Notes under the pieces: model-generated
What the model saw: only the letters and a program-made list of their open reading frames with translations
What the model was told of the DNA's origin: nothing
Database searches by the model: none
Position numbers and translations under genes: made by a program
In this document: in pieces, positions 47,541 to 58,311 of the stretch
Numbering within the stretch: position 1 is the stretch's first letter
How the letters are laid out: every line of letters begins with the position of its first letter
Assembly (NCBI GenBank): GCA_023898525.1
Contig: CP060227.1
Location: forward strand, 11,244 to 75,243
DNA from: Candidatus Nomurabacteria bacterium
GTDB taxonomy: Bacteria; Patescibacteriota; Minisyncoccia; Phycocordibacterales; UBA918
Direction: 5' to 3'
DNA length: 64,000 bases

Positions 47541-49589
47541 ATGAAATTTACTTTAGCGACCGACAAAAAACCGGCAGGTGACCAACCTAAAGCTATAAAA
47601 CAACTTCTCAACGGACTAGAGTCTGGCGCTCTACATCAAACCCTACTTGGAGTTACAGGTTCTGGCAAAACCTTTACCTGCGCTAACGTAATTGCAGAAG
47701 TTCAAAAGCCAACACTGGTTATTGCTCACAACAAAACCCTAGCCGCTCAGTTGGCTCAGGAATATAGAGACTTCTTTCCGAATAACGCAGTACATTACTT
47801 TGTGTCTTATTATGACTACTACCAGCCGGAAGCATATATGCCAACTAGCGATACCTATATTGAAAAAGAGGCACAAATAAATGAGGAGATAGACAGACTA
47901 AGACACGCTTCAACCCAAGCTCTTCTGACCAGACAAGACGTAATCATTGTCGCCTCAGTATCTTGTATTTATGGCCTTGGTTCGCCAAAAGAATACTTAA
48001 AAAAACATTTAAAGTTTAGTCGCGGTTATGAAACTACACGCACTGAAATGCTACGAACTCTGATAGACATGCAATTTTCGCGTACCAACGCTGACCTAAC
48101 GCCAGCTCAGTTTCGCGCTGTTGGTAATGCTGTAGAAATAATGCCTACCAACGAAAGAGTAATATATCGATTAAGTTTTGTTGGCAATACGATTGGCAAT
48201 ATCACTAAAATAGATGCCATAACTCGCTCTATCACAGCTGAGCCGGAAAGCTTTTTCCTGTTTCCGGCTAAGCACTTTGTGACACCGGAAGCAGAACGCA
48301 AGTTAGCAATTGAAGAAATCAACCAAGATCTTAAAGCTCAACTTAAGAAATTTAAAGCGGAAGGTAAATTACTTGAAGCAGAAAGACTGCGACGACGAAC
48401 TGAACATGATTTGGCCCTGATTCGTGAAGTTGGTTATTGTAACGGAATTGAGAACTACTCAAGACATTTTGACCGTCGCAGTGCCGGTGAAGCACCTTAC
48501 ACTTTACTCTCTTATTTTCCACACGACGAAGTAGGCAGGCCAGACTTTCTAACTATCATAGATGAATCCCATGTCACGATCCCGCAAATAAACGGTATGT
48601 ACGCTGGTGATCGTTCAAGAAAACAAACCTTGATTGAACACGGTTTTAGACTACCAAGCGCCCTGGACAATCGACCGCTAAAATTTGCTGAGTTTGAAGA
48701 AAAAGTGGGACAAAGAATCTATACTTCAGCCACACCTGGAAAATATGAATTTGAACAGGCCAAGGTTACGAATATTCCGATGATTGAACAAATCATTAGA
48801 CCTACCGGTCTGGTAGATCCAGAGATAGACATCCGTCCGGTCACAGCCACCGGCAGTTACGAAGGACAGATCAAGGACTTTTTGGAAGAAGCTGAGCAAG
48901 TAATAAAAAAAGGAACCCGCGTCTTAACAACTACTTTAACTAAAAAAATGGCCGAAGACTTGGCGGACTTCCTTGAAGACAGGGGAGTCAAAACAAAATA
49001 CATTCACAGCGATGTAGAAACCATTGAAAGAATCGAGATTTTGACTGATTTTAGACGCGGCAAATTTGACTGCTTAGTTGGAGTGAATCTACTCCGAGAA
49101 GGACTAGACCTACCTGAGGTCGAGTTAGTAGCCATCTTAGATGCCGATAAAGAAGGGTTTCTAAGGAGCGAAACAGCCTTGATCCAAACCATTGGCCGAG
49201 CCGCTAGAAATGTTAACGGGCGAGTACTTCTATATGCTGACCAAATGACAGATTCCCTACAAAAAGCTGTTGACGAAACCAGGCGCCGGCGCAAATTACA
49301 ATTAGATTACAATAAAAAACACGGTATCACACCAACTACTATTACCAAAGAAATAAAATCAATTGCCGATCAATTACGGACTGACCACGACGAAACTGTA
49401 GATACTTTATTAAAAGTTGATCTTGAGCTTTTCAAAAAAAATCCAAAAACGCTTTTGAAAGATAAACGTAGGCAAATGGAAGAAGCTGTTCGGGTATTAG
49501 ATTTTGAAACCGCCGCCATTATCAGAGATGAAATTGCCATTTTAGACAAACAGCTAGAATCAGTCAAAAAAACCCCAAAAGCTAAATAA
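47541..49589 (+). CDS. uvrB: Excinuclease ABC subunit B.
   Basis: The canonical UvrB N-terminus 'GDQPKAI..L..G...HQTLLGVTGSGKTFT' and 'YFVSYYDYYQPEAYMP' are present. The C-terminus carries the UVR motif (AAIIRDEIAIL). Confidence 0.95.
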   Translation: MKFTLATDKKPAGDQPKAIKQLLNGLESGALHQTLLGVTGSGKTFTCANVIAEVQKPTLVIAHNKTLAAQLAQEYRDFFPNNAVHYFVSYYDYYQPEAYMPTSDTYIEKEAQINEEIDRLRHASTQALLTRQDVIIVASVSCIYGLGSPKEYLKKHLKFSRGYETTRTEMLRTLIDMQFSRTNADLTPAQFRAVGNAVEIMPTNERVIYRLSFVGNTIGNITKIDAITRSITAEPESFFLFPAKHFVTPEAERKLAIEEINQDLKAQLKKFKAEGKLLEAERLRRRTEHDLALIREVGYCNGIENYSRHFDRRSAGEAPYTLLSYFPHDEVGRPDFLTIIDESHVTIPQINGMYAGDRSRKQTLIEHGFRLPSALDNRPLKFAEFEEKVGQRIYTSATPGKYEFEQAKVTNIPMIEQIIRPTGLVDPEIDIRPVTATGSYEGQIKDFLEEAEQVIKKGTRVLTTTLTKKMAEDLADFLEDRGVKTKYIHSDVETIERIEILTDFRRGKFDCLVGVNLLREGLDLPEVELVAILDADKEGFLRSETALIQTIGRAARNVNGRVLLYADQMTDSLQKAVDETRRRRKLQLDYNKKHGITPTTITKEIKSIADQLRTDHDETVDTLLKVDLELFKKNPKTLLKDKRRQMEEAVRVLDFETAAIIRDEIAILDKQLESVKKTPKAK

Positions 49590-49661
49590 CTGTCAATTAG
49601 TAACTATATGCCTACTCATTGTATGTAATAATAAGTACTGAACCTTAAAACATAAACACTC

Positions 49662-50504
49662 ATGACAAACAGTACCAAAGCCCTCTTAGGAAAGAAAATT
49701 CTTGTGATTGGTGGAGATTATAATTTCTTAAATACCATTGAGCGTATGTTTATATACGCTGGGGCGGAAGCCATAATAGAAAATTCACTATCCAAAGGCT
49801 TGTCCTCTATGAAGACCTTAAAGCCCGACCTTATTTTACTTGACGCTAGCGTGCCAGACCTTGACCCAAAAAGCGGGGACATCTTAAAAGCTATCTATGA
49901 TAACAATGAGCATAATCTACCGCTTATTCTAATTACCAGCGATTCAGATTCAGCGAATACACCCAAGTATGAAGTTGATTACGTTGTTCAAAAGCTAGGG
50001 ATAGACCTATTAGATTTAATAGAGAAAATTAAGAAGACACTGCTGGTCTCAACAGAAAACAGTGATACCGTAATTGATATATCAGAACACGACCAGACGC
50101 CAGTATTAACAAAAGATGCTAAAGCAGCCAGAGTACTGGTAGTTGAAGACGACCCTCTTTTACGTAGCCTGTTATCTGTGCGGCTAACTAAAAGTAAAAT
50201 ATCTTATCAATTCTGTCACAATGGAAATAATGTTATCGACATAATGAAACATTATCATCCAACTATAATTATTTTAGACTTAATGTTACCGGGAAGAAAT
50301 GGTCTGGACGTATTGCAGGACATTAGAAAAATTGATGGATTTAAAGCTATCCCGGTTGTAATATTTTCAAATAAAGATAGTGATAGCGATCGGGCTTTAG
50401 CCCAAAAACTTGGTGTGAAGCACTTCTTGATTAAAGCCATGACCGATCTTAATTCGCTCCTTAAGATAATAATTGAATCAGCTCCGAAAACCGTTGATAA
50501 ATAA
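49662..50504 (+). CDS. Response regulator with two receiver (REC) domains and no output domain.
   Basis: The second REC is canonical (LVVEDDPLLR...ILDLMLPGRNG...FSN...K). The first is degenerate. Confidence 0.75.
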   Translation: MTNSTKALLGKKILVIGGDYNFLNTIERMFIYAGAEAIIENSLSKGLSSMKTLKPDLILLDASVPDLDPKSGDILKAIYDNNEHNLPLILITSDSDSANTPKYEVDYVVQKLGIDLLDLIEKIKKTLLVSTENSDTVIDISEHDQTPVLTKDAKAARVLVVEDDPLLRSLLSVRLTKSKISYQFCHNGNNVIDIMKHYHPTIIILDLMLPGRNGLDVLQDIRKIDGFKAIPVVIFSNKDSDSDRALAQKLGVKHFLIKAMTDLNSLLKIIIESAPKTVDK

Positions 50505-50539
50505 GTAAACACACTGGTTCAAGCTAGTATAATGACACC

Positions 50540-52954
50540 ATGGCGAGAACGTCTACTAAAAAAAAGGGGGATAAACCAACTAGAACCAAGAAACCAATGA
50601 AGACCGATACTAAAGCACGGCAGTCTACACGTGCGCCTAAATCTGACCCAACTATCAAAATTAAATCGTCTTTAAAGCAACCAACAAAAGCTAAACCAAA
50701 AGTAGCAACGAAGTCAAAGAAGGCAGAGGCTGTTGTTTCTTTACCACCAGAAATTAGCCCAGTCATGCAAGCTAAAGCTGATCGATACAGACACTTGTTT
50801 GATCTAGTGTTACCAAAGGTTATGCTTAGAACTGCCTATATCGGTGGATTCTTATTTGTAAGCCTAGGTTTTGCCCTTAGTTTTTATGCTTTAAATTACT
50901 CAAAAGGTAATTTTAATCTATCGGCAACTATTTGCACCACCACAGACTGTACCTCTACCTCCAGCACCACATCCTCCACAGATACTACAAGTCAATCCAC
51001 CACAGAGAAATCTTCCGTATCATTTGCTTCAAATTTTGACACCAAACCACAAAGCGATTTTACCACCATTATCACAACCAAGTCTGTTCATAGCATAGCT
51101 GCTTTTGTAATAGCAAAAGATACAAATAAAGCAACGGAATTATCAGCCAGAAAAATCAGCGAGACTCAATATGAGCTATTAATACCCGTTAACAGTTTAC
51201 CCGTCGGAGATTACTACATCAAAGTCAAAGCTACCGCTTTAGATACTGTTACCATATATACATTTAGTGGCCCAGGTTTTTCAATTGTCAGAGAAACAAA
51301 TACGGATAATTCCGCTGCCACCGAGACAACCATGACAAACACTGTTGATTCTGATAATGGAAACAGTGATCCAATGCTTATCCAAGACACCACAAATGAA
51401 TCTTCAATGGATTCAGACAGTACTGTCTCCAATACAACAAACGACAATCCAATCACCTTAGAACCAGTTTCTAGCTTATCTGAAGACAGTGAATTCGAAA
51501 CAAGTGACATAATTGAGCCAACTCCACTAACCACATTAAATCGAACAGGTGAGCCAGGACTTTATTACCTCAATATACTGTCACCTGAAGCTAAATTTGT
51601 TGAAGTCTACACAAAACCTGAGCTGTCGAGCACGAGACTATTTCTAGGACTAGCCACACTTCGTGATAAATATTGGGTTTTCCTAGTTGATGGATCAAAA
51701 CTTCCTGTTGGTAAGTACCTGATTATAACTAGTTCGTTTATAAATGGAAACATGATTGAATCAAAGCCTCTGCCTTTTACTGTAACTGCTGATTACTACA
51801 CTGACGAAGATTCCCGTAGAAATAACAACGAGGCTGAAACCGCTATTTTGACAGAAAGAGTTAAGTCTGCGCTAAATGACAACACCGAAGACTTTTTAGA
51901 AGATTCTTCAATTGATACAAATTTATTAGAGCAAAGAACCGACTATTATAATGCACCAGAAGATTCAAGCACCTATTCAAACGTTGACCTAGGACCAAGG
52001 GAAATTAGTGTTGACCTCAATGAGTCAGAGTTAAACAACTTGCTTAAAAAGTACGCCTCAGCGCTACAGAGTCGTGACGGAAACCTAATTAGACTAGCTG
52101 AAGATAGTTTAGACGAATTTGAAAGTGATGTGCTGAAACCAACCGACGACACTGACTTAGATACTAATAACACCGATCTTTCTAACTTTTTTGACGAACT
52201 GAAGGCTAAAGTTGCCCGTTATGAAGATATTATTTCTGTTCGCTCAGAACTCATAAATAAAGATAGCGATCAGGATGGAATTAGTGACTTCGATGAAGCT
52301 ACACTATATAAAACAGATCCGTTCACAGCTGACACAGACATGGATGGCTTCATTGATTCAGTAGAAATCTTGCGTGGCTATGACCCACTGGATCCAAATC
52401 CAGAGGCCGCAACTAACTACAAGTCTCCAAAAGATGTTAATTACATTGACGAAGACAGACTGGTTATTCAGTCTATAGCTCCTGTTATCCAAGTGGCAGA
52501 CGAAACACTGTCAGATACACCAATACAGGCTGAAATAAAAGGAAAGGCTCTACCAAGCAGCTTTGTGACGCTATACGTATATAGCTCACCAACCATAATT
52601 ACAATCAAAACAGATAGTGATGGTAACTTTGCTTACACGTTTGACAAAGAATTAGAGGACGGTCAACATGAAGTTTATTTGGCCATTACTGATAACACAG
52701 GTTCCATTGTGGCTCGTAGTGAACCATACCGTTTCGTCAAAACAGCCGAAGCTTTCACGACAGAATCAAATACTGCGTCAGCTGCCAATACACCAAAGCC
52801 ACTTATTAACGAGAGCTTTGACCTTTCTGCTTATGGAACATCTGCTGCACTAGGTATAGTCTCTTTTGGACTAATCCTACTCATGATTGCGCAGACACTC
52901 AGACTTAGGCCCGAAGAAGACGAACCGCAAGTCCAACATGAGACAAAAACTTAA
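50540..52954 (+). CDS. Membrane protein with a Lys-rich histone-H1-like cytoplasmic N-tail, a TM, a large Thr/Ser/Asp-rich ectodomain with thrombospondin-type-3-like Ca-binding repeats and an Ig-like domain, and a C-terminal TM.
   Basis: The N-terminal 75 aa are about 30% Lys ('KKKGDKPTRTKKPMKTDTKAR...KAKPKVATKSKKAEA'). The TMs are GGFLFVSLGFALSFYAL and AALGIVSFGLILLMIA. The motifs 'DSDQDGISDFDE' and 'DTDMDGFID' mark the Ca-binding repeats. Confidence 0.6.
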   Translation: MARTSTKKKGDKPTRTKKPMKTDTKARQSTRAPKSDPTIKIKSSLKQPTKAKPKVATKSKKAEAVVSLPPEISPVMQAKADRYRHLFDLVLPKVMLRTAYIGGFLFVSLGFALSFYALNYSKGNFNLSATICTTTDCTSTSSTTSSTDTTSQSTTEKSSVSFASNFDTKPQSDFTTIITTKSVHSIAAFVIAKDTNKATELSARKISETQYELLIPVNSLPVGDYYIKVKATALDTVTIYTFSGPGFSIVRETNTDNSAATETTMTNTVDSDNGNSDPMLIQDTTNESSMDSDSTVSNTTNDNPITLEPVSSLSEDSEFETSDIIEPTPLTTLNRTGEPGLYYLNILSPEAKFVEVYTKPELSSTRLFLGLATLRDKYWVFLVDGSKLPVGKYLIITSSFINGNMIESKPLPFTVTADYYTDEDSRRNNNEAETAILTERVKSALNDNTEDFLEDSSIDTNLLEQRTDYYNAPEDSSTYSNVDLGPREISVDLNESELNNLLKKYASALQSRDGNLIRLAEDSLDEFESDVLKPTDDTDLDTNNTDLSNFFDELKAKVARYEDIISVRSELINKDSDQDGISDFDEATLYKTDPFTADTDMDGFIDSVEILRGYDPLDPNPEAATNYKSPKDVNYIDEDRLVIQSIAPVIQVADETLSDTPIQAEIKGKALPSSFVTLYVYSSPTIITIKTDSDGNFAYTFDKELEDGQHEVYLAITDNTGSIVARSEPYRFVKTAEAFTTESNTASAANTPKPLINESFDLSAYGTSAALGIVSFGLILLMIAQTLRLRPEEDEPQVQHETKT

Positions 52955-54260
52955 ATATGCTTTAAGGGTTCTAAAAACGAACACACAGCTCTTGCTGGTT
53001 TCTATACTGCTTGTTATTTTCCCATTTTCTTTTATTTTTACTCTTAACTCAGTAATTGACGCCACCAGAGCCAACACTAACACTGTAATAACCCAAAAGA
53101 TAAATACTGTCCACGACACTATTGAAATCCTCGTTCGCTCTGATGCCAATACTCTAGGGTTCGTAAGACAACTATCTACCGAACAAAATGATCTTATTGA
53201 CTATATTTTAGTGTCTGAAAAGGCCAACAATCTCACGGTCCTGGAACAACTTGGCGAAGACAAAATTGGAACTACAGATATTAATGATTTTCACTATAAG
53301 AGCGCACTAATTGCACTGGGTGAAAGCTTTTTATTCCCTCTAGATGGCCAAACCCTAAGTAAAGTAGTGGCCACCAGAGCTTTACGTCTTACGGATGATT
53401 CGGTTGTATATCTGACTACTGAACACGATTTTTCACCTCTGCTTTACACTTTAGACAAGAGAATATCAGAAACCTATTATGGCTTAACCTTTATATTTAT
53501 CTTCCTCTTGCTCTTGGCTTACTGGATAATCAAGCAAATAAACTACCGCCAGAAATATGAGGATAGTCTAGCTAAGATAAATGAAAAGGACTTATTCATA
53601 GATGGTTTGGCTCATGAATTTCGCACTCCGCTTACAGCCATTCGTGGCTACTCAAGCCTGATATCAGAAACCGACGCCTTGGCCGAAGCCCGAGACTTCT
53701 CATCAAGAATTAATAATGCCACAAACCGCCTTATTACCTTGGTCAACGATTTTCTTGAAGTCGCCCGCATACAATCAGGCAAGGTCAAATTAAGCATAGT
53801 TCCTACAATGGCTGGTGACATAATAGACAATGTTATCACTGAACTAAAACCACTAGCTGACATAAAAAATCTTTCGCTAGAAACAAATTTACCGCCAAAG
53901 CAAGAACCACTGAATACAGACCGTGTACGTTTGCAACAGATACTAACCAATATAGTTAATAATGCTATCAAATACACTGCTTCAGGTTCAGTTATCGTAT
54001 CCCTGGAACAAAACTACACTTATACAACGATAACGGTTGCGGACACAGGTGGAGGAATCAGTGCTGAAGACCAAAAGAAGTTATTCAGACCATTTTCTCG
54101 GGTAGGAGAACATGAAAACGACAACGAAACCGTTGGCTCAGGACTAGGGATGTGGGTGGTAAAACAACTAACAGGACACCTTAATGGCGAAGTGTACGTG
54201 GAATCAATCAAAGGTGTCGGTACTCACGTCATTATAAAGTTTAAGAATCTAGAGACCTAA
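52938..54260 (+). CDS. Sensor histidine kinase (two TMs, HisKA plus HATPase_c).
   Basis: It has the H-box 'LAHEFRTPLTAIRGY', an N-box, and the G-boxes 'DTGGGI' and 'GSGLGM'. Confidence 0.85.
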   Translation: MRQKLKYALRVLKTNTQLLLVSILLVIFPFSFIFTLNSVIDATRANTNTVITQKINTVHDTIEILVRSDANTLGFVRQLSTEQNDLIDYILVSEKANNLTVLEQLGEDKIGTTDINDFHYKSALIALGESFLFPLDGQTLSKVVATRALRLTDDSVVYLTTEHDFSPLLYTLDKRISETYYGLTFIFIFLLLLAYWIIKQINYRQKYEDSLAKINEKDLFIDGLAHEFRTPLTAIRGYSSLISETDALAEARDFSSRINNATNRLITLVNDFLEVARIQSGKVKLSIVPTMAGDIIDNVITELKPLADIKNLSLETNLPPKQEPLNTDRVRLQQILTNIVNNAIKYTASGSVIVSLEQNYTYTTITVADTGGGISAEDQKKLFRPFSRVGEHENDNETVGSGLGMWVVKQLTGHLNGEVYVESIKGVGTHVIIKFKNLET

Positions 54261-54315
54261 ACCCACTTTGCACACATTCATAAAATCGTTATACTGGGAT
54301 ACTTAGCGTATATTT

Positions 54316-56955
54316 ATGGCAAATAAACCAAGCAAAAAAAGCAGAGTGACCTGGCAATCGGATTCTGAACAAAAGATTATTGTTCGTGGTGCCCGAACGC
54401 ATAACTTAAAAAATATTGATGTTTCGATGCCGCGCGGCAAAATGATTGCCATCACCGGCCCATCTGGCTCAGGTAAATCGTCCTTAGCTTTTGATACTAT
54501 CTTTGCAGAAGGACAGCGCCGGTACGTGGAGTCGCTTTCGCCCTATGCTCGCCAATTTCTAAACAAGCTACAAAAACCAGATGTCGATGAAATCAGCGGC
54601 CTATCACCAGCTATCTCTATTGACCAAAAATCTGCATCACGAAACCCACGTTCAACCGTCGCTACCATCACTGAAATATATGATTATCTCCGTATTTTAT
54701 ACGCTCGAATTGGACAACCTTACTGTTTAGATGTAGATGTTCCGATTCAAAAGCTTTCGCAAGACGAGATATTAAATATCATTCTTAACTCGATTGAATC
54801 CAAAGAAGTTAAAGCTGCTACCAAGAAACAATCTAGGCAAGTGTTAGGCATTGAATTATCTAAAGGGCGAGTCGCAATATTTGCACCCGTAGTGGTGGGC
54901 AGGAAAGGGGAATACTACCAACTCCTCTACGATCTTCTAGGCAAAGGCTTTGAAACAGTAAAAATTGATGGCGAGATAAAGCAGCTCAGAGAAAAAATTA
55001 TTCTCACCAAGACAAAACGTCACGACATTGATGTTCTAATTGACGAAATCTATATTAGTGAATTCACCGACGACCCAAAAGGTTCAAGAGAACGACTTTC
55101 GGAAGCAGTCGAATTGGCTCTTCATGAAGCAAATGGAATGGTTAAGATTGAAAGTCCAGATGGATCAGTCCGCACCCTATCAGCAAAATTTATTTGCCCA
55201 ATTGACGGGTCTTCATTTCCCGAAGTAGAACCGAGACTTTTTTCATTTAACTCACCTTATGGTGCCTGTTCTGAATGTAATGGTCTGGGTGTAGTTGGTA
55301 TATTTCAAAGTGACACCTGTCCAACCTGTAAAGGGGCTAGACTTAGGCCGGAAGCCTTACGTGTATATCTTGGTGGAGATGGTAAAAAAGATCTCGGTAT
55401 TAATATCGTCTCTTTCACCCAAATGACTATTAAGCAAGCTACAGATTTCATTAACAGATTAGAGCTTACTAAAAAACAACAAGATATCGCCTGGCCGGCC
55501 CTTCGAGAGATTATACAACGCCTCGACTTCATGAATAATGTTGGTATTGAATATCTTACTCTGGATAGACGAGCCAACACCTTATCTGGTGGAGAAGCGC
55601 AGCGAATCCGCCTAGCTTCGCAGTTAGGGTCTGGTTTAGTTGGAGCTTTGTACGTACTGGACGAACCGACTATTGGACTACATCAACGCGATAATGACCG
55701 ACTGATTAGGACCCTAACCGAACTTAGAGATCTCGGTAATACGATTATTGTGGTTGAACATGATGAAGACACGATTCATGCTTCAGATTATCTGGTCGAT
55801 ATCGGCCCAAAGGCTGGGGTGCATGGTGGGGAAGTGATAGTATCGGACTATCTAGACACACTTCTAAATGCACCAGACAATAAATCCAAATCTGTTACTC
55901 TAGACTACTTGCGCGGTACAAAGAAAATTACAGTACCTGACAGACGTACGAGTGAGAAAGGTGCCATCAAAATCCGTGGTGGAAAGGCATTTAATATAAA
56001 AAATCTTAACGTAGACATACCACTCGGTAAGCTTATCTGTGTAACCGGAGTTTCCGGCTCAGGTAAGTCAACCTTCATGTATGAAATAGTAGACAAAAAT
56101 CTAAAGTCACGTCTAGAAAAGAGGTACCGCACTCCACACACTTACAACTGTAAGACCTTTACCGGCACTGAGTATCTTGGCCGATCATGTCTAATTGACC
56201 AATCGCCAATTGGCAGAACACCACGCAGTAACCCGGCTACCTATACCGGTGCCTTTACTCACATTCGCGATATGTTTGCCGCCACTAGCGAAGCTAGGGC
56301 TAGAGGCTGGAAACCTGGCCGCTTTAGCTTCAACGTTAAGGGTGGGCGTTGTGAAGCCTGTCAAGGCAACGGGCAAGTGGCTGTAGAGATGCACTTTTTA
56401 CCAACTGTTTATGTGACTTGCGATATCTGTGACGGTAAACGCTTCACTAAAGAAACTTTGGAGGTCACTTACAAAGGTCGCAACATTAACGAAGTCTTAC
56501 ACATGACCGTTGAAGATGGTTATCAATTTTTCAACGACGTACCCGCCATCGCTGAACGTCTCAGAACCTTAATTGAAGTTGGTCTTGGCTACTTAGAGTT
56601 AGGTCAAAGTGCCACAACCTTATCAGGTGGAGAAGCGCAGCGAGTCAAAATCGCTTCGGAGCTCTATAAGCCGCACACTCAAAAAACCATTTATCTACTA
56701 GACGAGCCAACTGTGGGGCTCCATTATGAGGATGTCAGAAAGCTAATTGAAATACTCCAACAACTAGTGAATCACGGTAACACCGTTATGGTGATTGAAC
56801 ATAATCTTGATTTAGTTAAATCAGCTGATTACATTATTGACATCGGACCGGAGGGTGGAGAAAACGGAGGTGACTTGGTTGCTAAAGGTACTCCGGAGGA
56901 GATAGCAGAAAACCCCAAGTCACACACTGGCCACTACCTCAAAAAAATACTATAA
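54316..56955 (+). CDS. uvrA: Excinuclease ABC subunit A.
   Basis: There are two ABC modules (GPSGSGKSSLAFDT and GVSGSGKSTF) and zinc fingers (CSECNGLG...CPTCKG and CEACQGNG...CDICDG). Confidence 0.95.
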   Translation: MANKPSKKSRVTWQSDSEQKIIVRGARTHNLKNIDVSMPRGKMIAITGPSGSGKSSLAFDTIFAEGQRRYVESLSPYARQFLNKLQKPDVDEISGLSPAISIDQKSASRNPRSTVATITEIYDYLRILYARIGQPYCLDVDVPIQKLSQDEILNIILNSIESKEVKAATKKQSRQVLGIELSKGRVAIFAPVVVGRKGEYYQLLYDLLGKGFETVKIDGEIKQLREKIILTKTKRHDIDVLIDEIYISEFTDDPKGSRERLSEAVELALHEANGMVKIESPDGSVRTLSAKFICPIDGSSFPEVEPRLFSFNSPYGACSECNGLGVVGIFQSDTCPTCKGARLRPEALRVYLGGDGKKDLGINIVSFTQMTIKQATDFINRLELTKKQQDIAWPALREIIQRLDFMNNVGIEYLTLDRRANTLSGGEAQRIRLASQLGSGLVGALYVLDEPTIGLHQRDNDRLIRTLTELRDLGNTIIVVEHDEDTIHASDYLVDIGPKAGVHGGEVIVSDYLDTLLNAPDNKSKSVTLDYLRGTKKITVPDRRTSEKGAIKIRGGKAFNIKNLNVDIPLGKLICVTGVSGSGKSTFMYEIVDKNLKSRLEKRYRTPHTYNCKTFTGTEYLGRSCLIDQSPIGRTPRSNPATYTGAFTHIRDMFAATSEARARGWKPGRFSFNVKGGRCEACQGNGQVAVEMHFLPTVYVTCDICDGKRFTKETLEVTYKGRNINEVLHMTVEDGYQFFNDVPAIAERLRTLIEVGLGYLELGQSATTLSGGEAQRVKIASELYKPHTQKTIYLLDEPTVGLHYEDVRKLIEILQQLVNHGNTVMVIEHNLDLVKSADYIIDIGPEGGENGGDLVAKGTPEEIAENPKSHTGHYLKKIL

Positions 56956-56957
56956 AC

Positions 56958-58193
56958 ATGACCAAGGCAGATCTTAACCTAAGTAAATTACCGGATAGTC
57001 CTGGTGTGTACTTTTTTATTGGAAGAAAGAAAGAAATACTTTACATTGGAAAAGCTACATCCATCAAACAGCGGGTAAAAAGCTATTTCACGAATGATCT
57101 AACGGAAAAACGGTCAGAACTAATAGCTAAAATGGTAAAAGAGGCACTACAAGTTGAATTTACAGTTACGGATAGTGTCATAGAAGCACTAATACTAGAA
57201 ACCAATCTAATCCGCACTCACAAACCACTCTACAACACTCGCACCAAGGACGACAAAAGCTACAACCACTTAATAATTACCAAAGAAACTTGGCCCAGAG
57301 TTTTGGTTGTGAGAGGTAAAGATCTAAGTGAAAAATATACCGAGGATCAGCTCCAGTATACCTTCGGACCTTTTATTAGCGCCAGCCTCCTTAAAGAGGC
57401 ACTGAAAATTACTAGAAAATTATTCAAGTTCTACGATACAAAAAAATCAGTAGAGCGGTCCAAAAGCAAATTGGCCCGCGGCATTATAGATTTCAATCGA
57501 CAAATTGGACTCTACCCGAAAGAAACTGACATTAAGACGTACAAAAGAAATATACACCAATTAGCTCTTTTTTTCTCGGGTCAGAAAGAGCAAATCATAA
57601 AAGAATTGGAGAAAGAAATGATGCAATTAGCCAAGAAAGAGAAATTCGAAGAAGCGAACTATACCAAAAAGAAGATCTTCGCTTTGAAGCATATTCAGGA
57701 TATTGCTCTTGTAAAAGATGATTACCGAACCTACAAGGACGACACCAAACAGAGAATTGAGGCTTACGATGTTGCACACCACGCCAGTAAAGATATGGTG
57801 GCCGTAATGACTGTCATAGAAAATGGCGAGACAAGGAAAAGTGAATATCGTAAATTCAAAATAAAGACAGTAACTAAAGCCAATGACCCAGAGGCTCTTA
57901 AAGAAACACTAACTCGAAGGCTAAATCATTCAGAATGGCCGCTACCACAAATAATTGTAGTTGACGGTAACATCGTCCAAAAAAGGGTAGCTGAACGAGT
58001 TTTAAAAACTCTTAATTTAACAATACCAGTAGTGGCAGTTGTAAAAAATGATCAACATAAGGTAGACAGGATTATAGCCAGCGACAAGATATTAAAAACA
58101 CACAAATTTGACATTCTTCTTGCTAACGCCGAAGCTCACCGTTTTGCTATTAGCTTTCATCGAAGGAAAGCTCGTTTATCTCTACTTAAATAA
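56958..58193 (+). CDS. uvrC: UvrC-like excinuclease, short form (411 aa): a GIY-YIG domain plus the RNase-H-like endonuclease domain.
   Basis: The GIY-YIG motif 'GVYFFIGRKKEILYIGKATSIKQRVKSYF' is followed by the C-domain 'YDVAHHASKDMVAVMTVIENGETRKSEYRKFKIKT...IIVVDGNIVQ'. The gene begins 3 bp after the uvrA stop. The length is about 200 aa short of a canonical UvrC (~600 aa). Confidence 0.7.
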   Translation: MTKADLNLSKLPDSPGVYFFIGRKKEILYIGKATSIKQRVKSYFTNDLTEKRSELIAKMVKEALQVEFTVTDSVIEALILETNLIRTHKPLYNTRTKDDKSYNHLIITKETWPRVLVVRGKDLSEKYTEDQLQYTFGPFISASLLKEALKITRKLFKFYDTKKSVERSKSKLARGIIDFNRQIGLYPKETDIKTYKRNIHQLALFFSGQKEQIIKELEKEMMQLAKKEKFEEANYTKKKIFALKHIQDIALVKDDYRTYKDDTKQRIEAYDVAHHASKDMVAVMTVIENGETRKSEYRKFKIKTVTKANDPEALKETLTRRLNHSEWPLPQIIVVDGNIVQKRVAERVLKTLNLTIPVVAVVKNDQHKVDRIIASDKILKTHKFDILLANAEAHRFAISFHRRKARLSLLK

Positions 58194-58311
58194 TTTACAC
58201 TTCTTGGTTACCAAATAGTAAGTAATATTCGTACTTATAAACAAGTAGTTAGTCCAACATTGACTTTTACTTGTTATTATATTGATAAGTTATTTTAAAA
58301 CGTATCATTTT

